Positions 28,062 to 41,559 of a DNA stretch of 64,000 bases are shown here, in pieces (positions within the stretch are counted from its first letter, which is position 1; every line of letters starts with the position of its first letter). Below the pieces are notes generated by a model. That model made no database searches. It was given only the letters and a program-made list of their open reading frames with translations, and was not told the origin of the DNA. This DNA is from Oopsacas minuta (lineage: Eukaryota > Animalia > Porifera): contig JAKMXF010000296.1 of the NCBI GenBank assembly GCA_024704765.1, forward strand, positions 203,309 through 267,308, written 5' to 3'. A program made the translations under genes and the position numbers.

Positions 28062-29130
28062 TTACTTTCGGATATAACCTCCATTCAAATCTACACATTT
28101 TCTCATTCTGGCTGGCATCCCATCTTTCAATTTTCGAAGTAAGTCCGGATTGATACTAAACCACAGAGTTTAGAGGTATTTTTCCAGCATATCAAAATTT
28201 GTCGCTGATGGCATCTCTAACAAGCTCTGCCTAACGACAGCCCACAAATTCTCAATCGGAGAAAGATCAGGCAAGTTGCCTGGCCATATTTCCCTCCCCA
28301 GCAACCAATAAAATTCAATTGACACCATTCCTAGCTCAATTCTGATGAGTGCGCAGGGGCTCCATCTTGTTGAAAGATTGATTTTGACATGATTTCACAA
28401 AATCTTCTCTGCAAAATAGGTCCTCTCAATCGCTTACGATCAAAGGCAGCTTTACATGGCCCAGCTAGTAGGTTATCAACATAATATTTTGCATTTACAG
28501 TGCATTTATGAGGAAGAATGTGCAGTTCTGACACAGCATTAGCCGACATTACTATTAATTTTGGAGGAAACTTCACTGTCAAGATGGAGGAATATTTCTA
28601 GCACTGGAGTCCCAAACGCAGTCTGTTTGTTGATTTGAAGGTGCACAAAGATGAAATGGAGATTCGTCAAAGAAATTGACATTGCTTACTCCTTAGCTGA
28701 CCAATTGAGTCATTTTTACAAAATGTTAGTCGATGAACCAATTGTTTTTCTGTCAATCTCAGATTTCGGGGCCCTTGAAACATTTGAGAACGTAGGCATG
28801 CCTTCAAATAGCGATGTACTACCGTCTTCGATTTGTAATTACAAAATAATTCGAGAAGAATATAATGCCTTTGGGAAAATGATAAGTCACCCTTCTCTAA
28901 ATACACATGTCAATCATAAAATAATACATAGCTTAGTTAGTGAGATTATTTGAACTAAGCGTCTATAATATAATATATAATGCAATAGCAAAAAACTTAG
29001 GGTCCTACTGTACACAGTGATAACCACAGCGTTTGAAATTGAGCTCCTTACTGGGGTGTGACTACCACTGAGGCAGAGGAAGAAACTGCCAACCTTCTGT
29101 TTGTTTCATCCAATCGCCTTGTGATCAGTC
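28062..29130 (-). mobile_element. Tc1-like DD37E-type transposase pseudogene
   Basis: KSKTVVHRYLK..LTEKQ..RL.FCK, DESPFHL, FQQDGAPAH, WPGNLPDLSPIENLW, GMPARMRKCVDLNGGYIRK*. Closely similar to the DD37E element at 37113-38456. Confidence 0.8.
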
Positions 29131-29510
29131 AATTTACTCAGTGAGAACTACTCACATAGGTGTGCGTATTTTCCGTGTTCCCATTAATTGTGTTCTTATT
29201 GAGTATTGGGAAGGGCCTGAAGGCATACTTGCCAACTTTCCAGGGATTTAACAGTATATGCAGGGAAAATATTGGATGTTTCTCGCAATTTCTGACAAAA
29301 TAGTGAAATTGTATATTATTAGCAAATAAAACTAATAATCCGGGGAAAAATTGAAAATCCAGGGACTTGAATATAAACAGCCAGGGAAATAGTCAGAAAG
29401 GGTGGGATATGAAGGGTGTCATGAGAGTATGAATATAATATATTTATTAAATTATTGGATAATATCTCACAACTATTCCAATACAGTGTATAAATACAGA
29501 TATTTCTATA

Positions 29511-31598
29511 CAGTAGAAGCTCGCAAACCGAGGCACTCGCAAACAGGGGCACCTCCCAAACAGGGGCACCTTCCATCAATCTTGGTTTTCCCACCTAAAT
29601 TTCTCTCTCAAACCGGGGCAAAGCTCGCAAACCGGGGCGCCTTGTTTCCATTGTATCTGTGCCCTTAGTCTTCATTGTATCCAGCCCTTAGGATGCACTA
29701 AGCTGTATAAATTGTAGTCAATCAATTCTGGACAACAAACCGTTGAACAGAGAACAACCAAATTATATTAATTGCTTAGTTTTCCTTTTTACTATAAAAA
29801 CCACATGTCTACTATCAAATCTTCACACAAGTCTGCCCTAACCATCGGATAACGACACAATGCTCTTAGGATGTTGGAGGATGGCAAGAGTGAGCGTATA
29901 GTGGCTGAATTCTTCAATGTGGGTAGGGAACAATTAACCGTATCAAATCCAATCGCGTGGCCATTCAGTTACATATAGACGAAACAGGTGAAATCCCTGA
30001 GAACATCAGGAAACGAAAGCACCCTGTTGTTGTTCCCATGTAAGAAGATATCGAGACTGCTGTTATTGAATTCCTGAAATTAGCACGAGATCGAGGAGTG
30101 GCCGTAACTGGCCCTATGCTTCGTACTCTAGCTGAGAGAGAAGCTAGTGCAAATGGAGTTGAGGGATTTAAGGCTTCAGAGGGATGGCTTTCGAGAGTGA
30201 AGGCGCGTCATGGAATCTGCGGAAGAGCAGTTAGCGGTGATGCAGCAGGTGTTGAAAAGGTGGTTCCCAAGAATTGGGAAGAGGACTTGCCAAGGATCAT
30301 TGGGTCTTATAAGCCGGAAGATATCTATAACCTAGATGAAAACTGGGTTATATTTCAGGGCAACAACTACCAAGTCCCTTGTTTTTCCTAAAGATACCGC
30401 ACATGGTATTAAACAGGACAAATCTCGCCTCACTCTCATGGTCTGTATATCCATGCTTGGTGAAAAAGAGAAACTACTCCTGATATGGAGGAGCGAGAAA
30501 CCAAGGGCTTTGAAAGGTGCAGACATGTCCAAATTACCTGTTGTGTATAAGGCTCAGAGGAAGGCATGGATGACTGGTCTTATATTTTGCTCTTGGATGA
30601 AGGACTTCGACAACAGAATGTACAAATCAGGTAGGAAAATCCTAATGTTCATGGACAATGCAAGTGTCCACAAAGCCTCTGATGAGCTTAGTTTAAAAGC
30701 AGTGCAGCTCGCACATTTCTCTTGCAACACCACGAGTTGCACCCAACCATTAGATGCCGGTATTATCCAGTCTCTCAAATTGCTATATCGTAAACAGGTG
30801 GATGAGCATCTATTGACACATATGGTGAATATTGACACCATAAATAAACCCAACGATGACCCTTACAAAATGATTGCAATAGCTCTTGCTATAGTTTGGG
30901 CATCTCGAGCCTGGAATCAAGTGAATGCCCGAACGATCTCAAAATGCTTTTCAAAGTGCGGGTTTGGAGTTGCAACTGTTGTCCCCGAGCTACCCATGAT
31001 CATAAATCCAGAGGAGATTCAAATTCAGCTAGAAGAAAGTGACGAATGTGGGATTTTTCCCCCTGTAATCAGTCCTGAAGAGCTCTTTGAGGAAGCGTTA
31101 ATTAATGTGACCCAAAGGCTAAACGTCGGTGAGAAAGATTGTGGAATTGAATGTGATTCTGAGGGTGATCTATCTGAAGCTTTTCCTACCCCGACTTCAA
31201 AATCCCCACTAGAAGCTATTCGAGTGCTTCAGATGTATGCCTTGGGTTGTGGTGATGAGGAAGTTCTTAGGGGAAATTTTAAAGCTTGAAAACTACTTGT
31301 TGGTAGTAGCTGCAAGACACACTCAAGAACAAAAACAGTCCCAAATTAGTGATTACTTCGCCAGTGATCATAAGTAAGCCCAATATTGGGTTCGAATATT
31401 CGATTATATTACCATTTATTGACTAGCAATATAGATATTTGTTGGAATAATCTATTAAAAAATGTAATCATGTCTATTTAAGTGAAAAGAAGTCTAGACT
31501 GTAGCATAATCCAAATTCATTTTGAAAATATTGTGAAGCTCGCAAACCGGGGCACTATTCAGAAAAGCCAAGGTGCCACGGTTTGCGAGCTTCTACTG
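29511..31598 (+). mobile_element. Tigger/pogo element (DD32D), full length, transposase frameshifted (about 29805-31370)
   Basis: TIRs CAGTAGAAGCTCGCAAACCG with TA TSDs. HTH-psq-like start at ATG 29805, CENP-B-type FKASEGWL.R.KARHGI, NLDE/TGL, MDNAS, QPLDAG (32-residue spacing counted). Confidence 0.95.
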
Positions 31599-31841
31599 TA
31601 ATAACTTCCAGCTGCTACCCTTGACTTGCCTATTCGATTCTATATTATCCTATACAGCTACCCTATTAATCAGGTACTATTATGCTTTCGAAACAAAGGG
31701 AACCACAAACATATTCATTTTTCGTCAGCATATCCGATATTTCTTACCGGGTGGTCCAAATAAACGGCCCAATATTTTCTGTTAACTTTAAAATATTAAT
31801 GAAACAAAGTAATAATACTCGAAAGATTATATTTAAACATA

Positions 31842-31939
31842 CCGTAATAATTCGAATAGTAGTCCTTATTCAAATAATCGCCTACCTAAGAGGGGGTTAA
31901 AATTAATAAACGCCCCGGCTACTATTAGAATAAATACGG
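31842..31939. mobile_element. Small pogo/Tigger-type MITE
   Basis: TA-CCGTAATAATTCGAATAGTAG vs rc TA-CCGTATTTATTCTAATAGTAG. Confidence 0.6.
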
Positions 31940-32369
31940 TATGTTAGATATTCCAAAGACGAAGTAATAAAGAATTCGATAGAAGTCTTGTAAGTTCAGA
32001 GAGTTTTTGAAACGCTCAAGATTATTACACAAAAAATTTTGCATATTCGATGTCAAAAAAAGTGCACTGGAAATTGAGAACTAGGGTTGGGTTAAGAAAT
32101 TTCAGACTGAGACAACTGTTAAAAACCCAACACTAAATCCAAATACCGTACAAGTCATTCCGAATGAAATATACCATATACAAATTTCATAGGCTGTCGT
32201 TTACAGTGGCATGAAATTGTCAAAATATGAAAATAGAGATATGCGCTACTAATCATTATAAGGTTAATAACTATAGATGCTATGTAATTCAGTGGGACAA
32301 TTTGTGGGACTATTTTTACGATTGCTCCCATCTAATAGTCAAATTTAAAAAGTTATTGTACCTATATTA

Positions 32370-32470
32370 ATTTCAGAGCATATTGATGGGTTTGGGTTAT
32401 AGGAAATATCTGAAGAAGGGCTAGAGGCGTACGACAAATTGATCAGAGCATACTTTGAGACACTAATCCT
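32370..32470 (+). pseudogene. Short RAG1-like/Transib C-terminal catalytic relic (copy 4)
   Basis: Translates ISEHIDGFGL*EISEEGLEAYDKLIRAYFETL. This resembles RAG1 ASEGNESGNKLFRRFR and the Transib SEEAxEARNK motif; putative catalytic Glu at 32424-32426. Confidence 0.55.
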
Positions 32471-32869
32471 CAAATTTCCAAGTGTGTACTGCATCAAACA
32501 TGTCTTTTAAAACTCTCTCAGCCTACCAATATATTAGACATTGTAACCTGAATTAGATAACTCTGAAGTAATAAGTTATCAAGGCTATACACTCCTTTTT
32601 CTCACTGTTTAAGCTAGATAAATAGAATTCTGGCGCTATATTAACATCAAATAAGTACTAATTACTTGTATACTTTTAATTCATGATACATGATCTGGCA
32701 GTAGGTGTAAAGTGGGTACATATGCAAATATACATACAGCTTCACAACTGATTATGGAGTATGGACCAGGGATGCGTGTCGAGCCGACTTAAATTAAACA
32801 AATATGTCAACTGTTTGTTAAAATCATCATTATTTGGTAAAATAAGTTACCAACGTATTCTAGGATATA

Positions 32870-34178
32870 CAGGGTGGCCCATAAGTTATGTCCCATACTT
32901 TAATACATAACCATAGATTCTATGGTAAAGCTAGGTAATTGATTTTGCTTTTCAAGCTTCTATATAGTCTTATAAGTATTCTAAACTGTTCATCTTAACA
33001 GTTCATAGTTTTAGCTAGACAAATTCCTCGATGGAAACAGAAAGGTTGACAATTATCGAATGATATCGAAAAGGAAAAGATCAAAATGAAATTTTGAAAA
33101 TTCTTAATATTCCTAAAACGCGGCGAAAGTTTGCATACCGTACCATTAATAGGTATAAAGATACTGGCAGCGTCTCTGACAAGCCCAGATCTGGTCGTCC
33201 CGCATCTGTAACGACAACAAGGATGAGGAAGGTCGTAAGAGGTTGTGTATGGCGAAATCCCAGTCGATCTGTGAGAAAAATAGCTGCAGAGCTCAAGGTA
33301 TCTCGTTCTTCCCTCCAAAGAATTGTCAAAAGACACCTGGGTTTATACTCATTTAAAAAACGTAAAGTACACTATCTTTCAAAGGTAATGAAGGAGAAGA
33401 GGCTGAAGAGAAGCAAAGGCCTCATTGACTGGTTCGCTGTCCAAGGTCTTGATCACGTCTTGTTCTCAGATGAGAAATTATTTACGATAGAGGAAGCTTA
33501 TAATCAACAAAACGACAGAATATTGTCTTCTACAACGTCTACCATCCCTGAGGAGTACAGATATGTAAAAAGAATACAGAAACCATGTTATGTTATGGTT
33601 TGGGCTGGAATATCTTCACTTGGCCGGACTCCAATAGTTTTCATCCCAGCTGGGGTAAAAATAAATGCTCAACTTACCAAAACCTTATTCTAAAGCCTAT
33701 AGTCAAAGTTCTCAGCAAGTCGGTGTATAACAATGAACCCTTTTTGTTCCAACAAGACGGTGTCCCTGCTCATACAGCAAATACCACTCAAAGCTGGCTT
33801 CACTCCGAAATTCCTGACTTTATTTCCAAACAGGAATGGCCCCATCAAGTCCGGACCTTAGCCCTCTAGACTTCTCAGTTTGGTCTATATTACAAACAAA
33901 GGCTTGTTGTAAATCCCATAAAAATTTGGAGGCCCTGAAGCGATCAATAATACGTGCTTGGAATGAAATCCCCCAGGAAACCATGTGAATGGCAGTAGAG
34001 GCGGTTCCTTCACGACTTAGGGCTGTAATTAAGAAAAAAGGTGGATATATTGAATAAGCCTAATATATTATCATCCAAATAATGTGTACGTTATTGTGTC
34101 AAGATTTTAAGTCATTTCAGTGAGTTTTGCCAAAATTATGACGTTTTATCTGTGAGACAGAACTTATGGACCACCCTG
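32870..34178 (+). mobile_element. maT (DD37D) Tc1/mariner element, full length, frameshifted
   Basis: TIRs CAGGGTGGCCCATAAGTTATGTCCCA / rc CAGGGTGGTCCATAAGTTCTGTCTCA, TA TSDs. FSDEKLF..QNDRI, VMVWAG, FQQDGVPAH, and SPLDFSVW ending in Asp. Confidence 0.9.
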
Positions 34179-35052
34179 TATATTCGTTATTCTATAGACA
34201 ATTAGTCATATTTAGTCTATTGTATACATTTTCCATAATGAAATACGTCAGAATAATATAAACACAGGTACTTAGTCACATATTATGATCTACAAACGAT
34301 ACATAACTGGAAAGATATTAACCGTTATACATAAGTCAACCCACGGAAGGTAGAAGCAGCGGTATATCTAGATTCTGGAGAGGACTTTAAGTACAATCTA
34401 GAAATGATCCAAGACTCTAAGTACAGAATTGAGATTCAAGCCCATACTACTATTTAAGATTATTTTTCTTTCAGAAAAAGGCTGGCTCAGAGGAATCGCT
34501 ACTCATGAAATATCGATCCAGGAATCTTAGGTAAAGGAGTCACATCATGTTCCTCCAGCTGACGGAATACCCAGTCTACTTCTCAACTAAATAAAATAAA
34601 ACAAAAAGGTATACAATCATATTAGTATAAGTATAAGTACAGTGTACCTCATAAACACACATAATAGGTATTTCCTGATGAGAATATAAAATTAAACACA
34701 ATCCGGTCATAAAAGATCAGTCATTTGGGATTACTCTGTTTATACTAAAGGGTAAAGCGAAAAACATTTAACGCCCGCTGGCGTTCATATTAAAGTGGTA
34801 AGATTGTAGATATAACTAAATAATGTGAAGGATATACATTTGAGTTAGAGAATGTGTTTGAAAAGTTTCTAGGTGATTGTTTCGGGAACATCTATGTTAA
34901 CATTCGCATCCCATTATATATCCACTAACAGTCGCCCTAAAGTTTCCATCTATTCTACGAATAAAAATAATAAAAATTGTGAAGTTTTCAGTTTTCCTTA
35001 GAGAATCAACATCAAGACTGTAGCTAAAGATTAACCTCCTTTTTGCCCTTTA

Positions 35053-36384
35053 CAAGGGCATTCAATAAGTCCTGCAGGTGATATTATAGAATATGATACA
35101 ACACTATACACACTAATTCACTATATTATTTATTCAAAGTAATCCCCTCCTGCAGATACACAAAGTTTTAACCTTTCCACCCACTTGTAAAATAAATTTC
35201 TGTACTCTTCTCCGGGGATGGATTTGAAGTAATGGTACAAGCCCGCTCCGAGTGCTCGTAATGTGTTAAAATCGTTGCCTTGAGGGTAGATTTTAAGTTT
35301 GGGGAATAGCCAAAAATCACACGGAGCTAGGTCTGGTGAGAATGGTTGATGGGGAAGTAATCCTAACCCTTCTACATCCAAGAAATTTTTGGTAAGCTTA
35401 GCTGTATGGGAACTGGCGTTATCAATTAAAATCTTCATTCCTCGAGTTCCAGTTTTCGGGCGGTGCTTTTCTATACGTTTTATCAAGTTTGGAAGCACTT
35501 ACTCTGTAAAGAAAGTAGCAGTAACAGCTTTGCCACTCTCACAAGGTAATTGCAAGACAATTCCATGACTATTGAAGAAGATGGTATACATAATCTAAGG
35601 TTTTCTGAAGTCGGTCTAGGAATTTTCGCCGGTTGTTCGTCGCCCATCACCCATGATCGCTTCTTATACTTGCTATATGGTGTTGAATAGTCACCCACGT
35701 CTCGTCACCAGTAATAATCTCTGTTAGGCGACTAGAATCGCAGTTCTCATAAGTTCCCAAGAGTTTCTTGGCAATATTCAGTCGTGCCAACCTCTGATTC
35801 TCACTGAGCTTATGCGGGACCCATTTCCCACAAATCGATCGGTAGCCAAGCTCAGTCATCAGAATTGTATGAATAGCTCCCGATGAAATCTCCATACTTT
35901 GTTCTAACTGATTGGCAGTAATGCACTTGTCTTCCATGACCATACTTTCAATGAGTGCGATATTCTCTGAAGTTGTGGCGGATACCGGTCTTCCAGATCG
36001 AGGCAAATCTGTGACATCAGCATCACCAGATCTAAAACGGGCAGCCCATCGCTCTACAGTAGATCTGGAATGGCAATCCACGCACAATATCTCCTGTAAC
36101 TCGCTGAAGATCTGTACCGGCTGGATCTCGAGTATTGTGCGAAACTCTATGCAAGCTCGCCATTTGAGGTTGAAATTATCATCCTTTGTAGCCATAAATT
36201 GAACAGTGGGTATAAATTGACTACACGTAACTATCACAAAAATTCAAAATTTGTATTGAATAAGCCTGAAACTCTCATTATAAGGAGTTTAACTATATGG
36301 GCTTATAATATATGAAAGTTAGATATATTACTTGACTAATTCCTAAGATATATCATGACCCACAAGACTTATTGAACGCCCTGA
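35053..36384 (-). mobile_element. mariner (DD34D) element, full length, frameshifted
   Basis: TIR core GGGC.TTCAATAAGTC with TA flanks. WVPHKL, TGDETW, DNASSH...SPDLAPCDFWLF (34-residue spacing counted). Confidence 0.95.
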
Positions 36385-36609
36385 TAAAGTTTCTCATATG
36401 TAAATTTATTGTTGTTTTTATGAATATATAGTAAACAAATTAGCCCAATTTCAAAGTATACATGCAGGCTTGCTCTACATGGCTACACAGGGGTAACACA
36501 GTATGCTGAACCAGAATTTTGCATTTTCAAGTTTCTCATATGTAAATTTTATGCTATTTTATGAATATTAATTAATTGTATAGATTTTCACATAATTTCT
36601 ATCTTTTTA

Positions 36610-36880
36610 ATGGATCCTCTTGCTACAAGCCTGGATTTTGATCAGAGCTTTTCTTCTTTACTAAAGGTTGAGCTTGCCAAGCAACAAAATCTTATGGATT
36701 TAGATTATTCTCCTTCTCTTGATCACGTTCATGCTCAACATCTAAGAGAGAACAATGATATTCCTGAATCCACTACACACTACATAAAAGTTTACCGCGA
36801 GCAGCTGGAGACTCTACAAAGAGATAATTTTTCTCTCAAACTTCAGCTTTTCTATTTCCAGAAAGCTTTTGAAAGTGCAG
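36610..36880 (+). CDS. Probable first coding exon of a centrosomin/CDK5RAP2/myomegalin-family protein (Cnn_1N / CM1 motif)
   Basis: HYIKVYREQLETLQRDNFSLKLQLFYFQK matches the CM1 pattern recalled as MKDFENQITELKKENFNLKLRIYFLEE. Candidate phase-1 donor GCAG|GTCAGC at 36880/36881 (weak). Downstream exons not found. Confidence 0.7.
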
Positions 36881-37112
36881 GTCAGCCTTTAGTATAAATT
36901 TCACAATTGTATACCACCAGCTATATCCAAGGGATTATCTAGGAGCGCCAGACACTTCTTTAGTCACATGATTTTTTGATACAATTATATATTACCGTGA
37001 AAGTTTAGGATCTTCCTCTATGCCATTCCACTAATTTACTGATTTAGTCATATGAAAATTTGGGAGGAGAAGAGCTAGGAGTGTGCTCGGAGAACCCTGG
37101 CTATATCATATA

Positions 37113-38456
37113 CAGGGTGTAACAAAAGTCTTGGCCGGTTGCATTATGGTGGCTCACATAAAATATTTCAAAGTCACAATATCTAATTATTCACCAATAT
37201 AATCACCACCTCTTTCTAAAACTAATTTCATTCGATTAGGCATCCCATTCACCAGGTTTCGAAGTAAGTTCGATGAATCGTCATCCATGCCGTTTTTAGG
37301 TTTGCAATTAGGGCCTGAATCGTGGTGACCTGGGCCATTTCATCCAACCGTTCATATATAATACCCCAATGATTTTCAATCGGATTCAAGTCGGGGAAGT
37401 TAACTGGCCACTCCCCTTTCTTCCAAAACGGAGGGAACTTCTCTGAACGCCACTGTTGCGTGACATTGGCTGTGTGTACGAGAGCACCATCCTGCATGAA
37501 CAGAAATTCTGACATGTTTTCCAACATGGACCTCTCAATAACGGACCCCTTTTTAGCTTCACGAGCGATCGCATCCAGACAGGTTTTCTTCAATATTTCG
37601 TTCCTATAGTAGGCTCCATTGACGGTCTGTTTTGGGGTACAATGTGGAGTTCTGACAGCGCTCTGTGTGACATCATTCCCCAGACCATAATTTCGCTGGG
37701 AATTTAACCTGAAAATAGGCTCAATATTTTGTGAACCAATTGCCCATACTCGATCATTTTGTCTGTTTGGCGGATGAAATAACTCAAATGGCGATTCATC
37801 AGACCAGAACACATTATTCCAATCTTCGAAAGACCAATTCTCATGATCCCGAGCGAATTTCAATCGATTTTCCTTGATTTTTTGTGTAATTTTTGCCCAT
37901 TTGGGACGTCTATAGGGTCTGGCATCAAGTCTTTGTGCTAAGTGCCGCTGAATTGTCATGTGAGATATGGGGTTTCCTCTGATAGATAGTCTCCTCGACA
38001 ATTTTCGGGTTGATTGCCTCCTTTTCCCCAAGGATTTCTTAATCACAATTCGTGATACCCGTTTCAAAATTTGAGGCCGTCCAGATTGTGGCTTAGTCTT
38101 CTTCATAGTCTCACCGCATTTGTGTTGACTCCACCATCTCCGTACAGATATTACTCCAACATTTAGACGTGTAGCTACCTCTTTTGAGTAATGCCTCCTT
38201 CAAGCATCCCAATTGCTTTAGAACGGAGCTCGACTCCGTGATCACCGACATTCATTTCCCCGAAACAAACTGGTAAGGTAAATATGCTAAAAAAATTCGA
38301 GAGCAGTGTTGAAGATATTCAATATGTCTATAGTATAAATGTAGTTACTAAATAGTAACTATCAGTCAACTAGCATTTCCGTTGTATGCTATAATTACTA
38401 GTATATATTAAATCCAACTACTATTGAGAACCGATCAAGACTTTTGTTACACCCTG
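37113..38456 (-). mobile_element. Tc1-like DD37E (TRT-type) element, full length, frameshifted
   Basis: 28-bp TIRs CAGGGTGTAACAAAAGTCTTG(GC/AT)CGGTT, TA TSDs. WSDESPF, FMQDGALVH...PDLNPIENHW with 37-residue D-to-E spacing counted. Confidence 0.93.
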
Positions 38457-40236
38457 TACTGTTTGTAACAGCCTAACATGTAAAAAATGAGATGCCTTAA
38501 ATTCTCAATTAAGTAGCATAATTCCATCAGGAATCAGGATATTATACCGCCGCCGGAACAAGGCTATGTCAAAGATAACAACTAATATAATGCAGCACAA
38601 GAATCTCTGAACAATCGTGCAATTCGTATTCTGACTTATCTTGGATATTACTGGGACTCGATGTGATACCGTGCTGAAGCTATACTAAATCCTTTGACTT
38701 ACCTCATTAGAGACAATTAAGGAGTTTAGAGGAAATTTCACCACTATTGTATGCTATTACGGACATTATTTTCTACTAACAAGTATGTATCAAATGTAAT
38801 ATAGTTGTTATCTAGGGCGCAAGAGTTTATCCGGGTGCTTGACGGGCACCCAAAAGTGCCAGTTCAGTAGCTATAAAGAACATAGAGTGGCGACCTTAAG
38901 ATTCAAATTAGTATAGGATCAATAAGTTACTGGACAAAAAAGTACCAACTTTGAAGGGATGACCCTGGAAGAAAAAATTCCAGGTAAACCCCTGCATTGC
39001 GGATAAATATCAGAATATGTGGATTACGAGGTACTGATTAAGATAACATACTGAACTTATTGTGAAATACGTAGAATGAAATGGTAACTTAGCTTGCAAA
39101 TCCTGAAATTTGGTGATAAGAAACTTCCAATTGTCTTCAATTTGATATCAGACTGAGACTGTGATTAATAGCTTGGAAGAGTTGATCATTCATTTGAGAG
39201 GAGGCACCAAGCAGATTCCTGATACGTAGGCATGGAACAATAAACTGGGCATATAGGCAAAATAGAGGGTACCACCTTATTCAGAATTCTATACTTGCGA
39301 TCTCCTTTGGATACTCTAAGTGCATACTCAAGTCTCCCTCCATGAGATGCTTGGAAGAACTAGACAGTCTTGAGATTAACAATATCTTCCCATGGAAAGG
39401 CCTAAGCAAAGAGTGTCTGAGTTCATCTAGTTCGCGTGGCATTGTAAAAATTGTAAATTGTCCTTCAAAGTCATAGTTGCGTGTCATCCTGGGTCAGGAC
39501 AACGACAAGCCACTGAATGAGCGGAAATAAATGTAATAGCTGGAATGCATAGACGTGGTCTCAAGTCAACAAAAATTTGTAACAGCAATATGAATACACA
39601 TTAGATGAAAAATTCAATAAGTGTAAAAAATTAGCAAATATGGGTCAATAACAAAGTAAAACTCAAAAATTTAAAAAGAAGATGCATTAGTAAACGGCAA
39701 AAACACACTAAGTTAACTAATGAATTAATGAAATATTGAAAATATTGTTTTCCCCAGATATTCAAAAAATATTTCAGAATATAGTGCATAAAAGTAAAAA
39801 AAACACTGAAAATTTGATCAATATGATGAGATTGTGAGAAATATAAAATAGAGTAAAACTAGCATTTGGTATTCTTATGTGTATAGAGCAATAGAATACG
39901 ACATGGAACCTTGAAATTTTGGACAACAAGCAAATTTTCAAAAGATTCATATAATGTCTAATGGATGTAAAATATCAACAAAATTCAAAAATGGGGAACT
40001 TGATTTACTGAAATTTTAATGGGCACATATGGTCTGAAACTCTAAATGGCATCGAATCAACCAACAGATTCATACTCAGCATCGAATTTCAGGCGATTTA
40101 GTGGGTCACTTGAACCTGGGTCGCCTTTATGAATGTCCAAACTGGAGACTTACACAGCAGCCAACTAGGAGAGTCTAATGTTTTCTGATGGGAGGAACTG
40201 TTGCTAAATATACACGCTAAGCCCAATGATATAGTA

Positions 40237-40862
40237 ATACTAGTGCGCTTCGCTTGGTATGACGCTGCGCGACAGCTTAACGTCCCAAGTTAGCTTAAGT
40301 ATTAAACAGTAAATTATAGTGTTATTGTCGCTACGCGACATAATATGCTCAGCACTACGTGCAAAAATTCACAAAATAGCTAAAATTTAAGAAACGATTA
40401 TCCATGATCCATTCAAATTACATTGAATAGCATTCTGTGGTGATATTGGAGAAGCCATGTCGCTTTTAGTTAGTAATCTCGGCACTATGTGCCTAGGGTA
40501 TTAATAAATTTTGAAATTTTAGAGATTTGGAAAACTTTCGTTTTTGTACAGATAAGATGACCATGATGAATTAACTTTTGGTCAGAGTCATGATATCTGG
40601 ACATTTGCTACATCGGTACCAGTGATTCAAATTTCAAACTTCTATGATGGATATTAGCTGAGCAGTGGTTAATATATTGTGATTTTTGAAAATACAAGAA
40701 GGTTACAATGACCTCATAATTTAGTCATAGGCGTCAGTCTTCGTTCCACAATCGAATTTGTCCGAGTCAGGCTCAAAGTGCCCCTGGATGCAATAATCAG
40801 TCCTGGGGTCCTCCAGTTTCCTCAATAAATTTGGACATACAAACATATATATATGTAAAACA
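40237..40862 (+). repeat. Family H copy
   Basis: Begins ATACTAGTGCGCTTCGC; body aligns with 6653-7183 and 10540-11744; ends in a CATACAAACATATATATATG tract. Confidence 0.65.
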
Positions 40863-41559
40863 AGTAGGCTCTCGTTAAACGTACAACAGCGAACAGCCAA
40901 AAATCCCACTGTTTATCCGGAGTACGTATAATCCGAAATAATTTACATTTGGGAAGGCATCGAAGGGGGACAGACAAAATGTAGAAATTTATATTTCTTA
41001 TACGGAGTTACTCCTTAACCGTGTTCGTATTAACATCCGCATGAGGAGCTATGGAATGTCTATTTGCTGGAAACTCTGTACATTGTACTAGAAAATCTAG
41101 GGTAAAAAGTTTGGCATATTGGACAGAGCTTCCATGGAATAGAAACTGAATAATTCATCATCCTAACCAGGTTTATTTCTGTAATTAGCGATGATGAGTA
41201 GTTCTAAACAATGAATTCTGAACGGGGCCGTTTAGAGAGTATAAGGGGGGCCGAGGTGCATATAATTGCAAGGGCACTTGTTATACTTGAAATTAGAGAG
41301 ATCTGTTGCGTAGGACTATGACTCGAAAGTAGCATTTCAAATCAAGCAATATCCACAATTCATCATAGTCACCTTCGTATTTAATACAGGGCTGACTTCC
41401 TAAAATGAACACACTAACAATTAACTTTTGTTTCTAGATTTCAGTATCAATGCTTGCATTTACTTTTGACATTTTTCATTATGGATGCGACAGAGTACGA
41501 AGCAATTGCAGGGGATAAACTTTTAGATGTGGGGGCTCACACAGCAGGCAAAAAATCTA

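Noticed and set aside
34330-34590. Short exon-like stretches (VEAAVYLDSGEDFKYNL; an AG...GTAAAG-bounded 56-mer)
   Set aside because: No recognisable homology; splice signals alone are insufficient.
35912-36202. Antisense ORFs over transposases (also 30554-30853, 54441-54991, 58251-58785, 60991-61446)
   Set aside because: Shadow frames of the annotated transposase genes.
39180-39540. GC-richer, protein-like minus-strand ORF (MTRNYDFEG...)
   Set aside because: Could not be matched to any family; the frames are interrupted.
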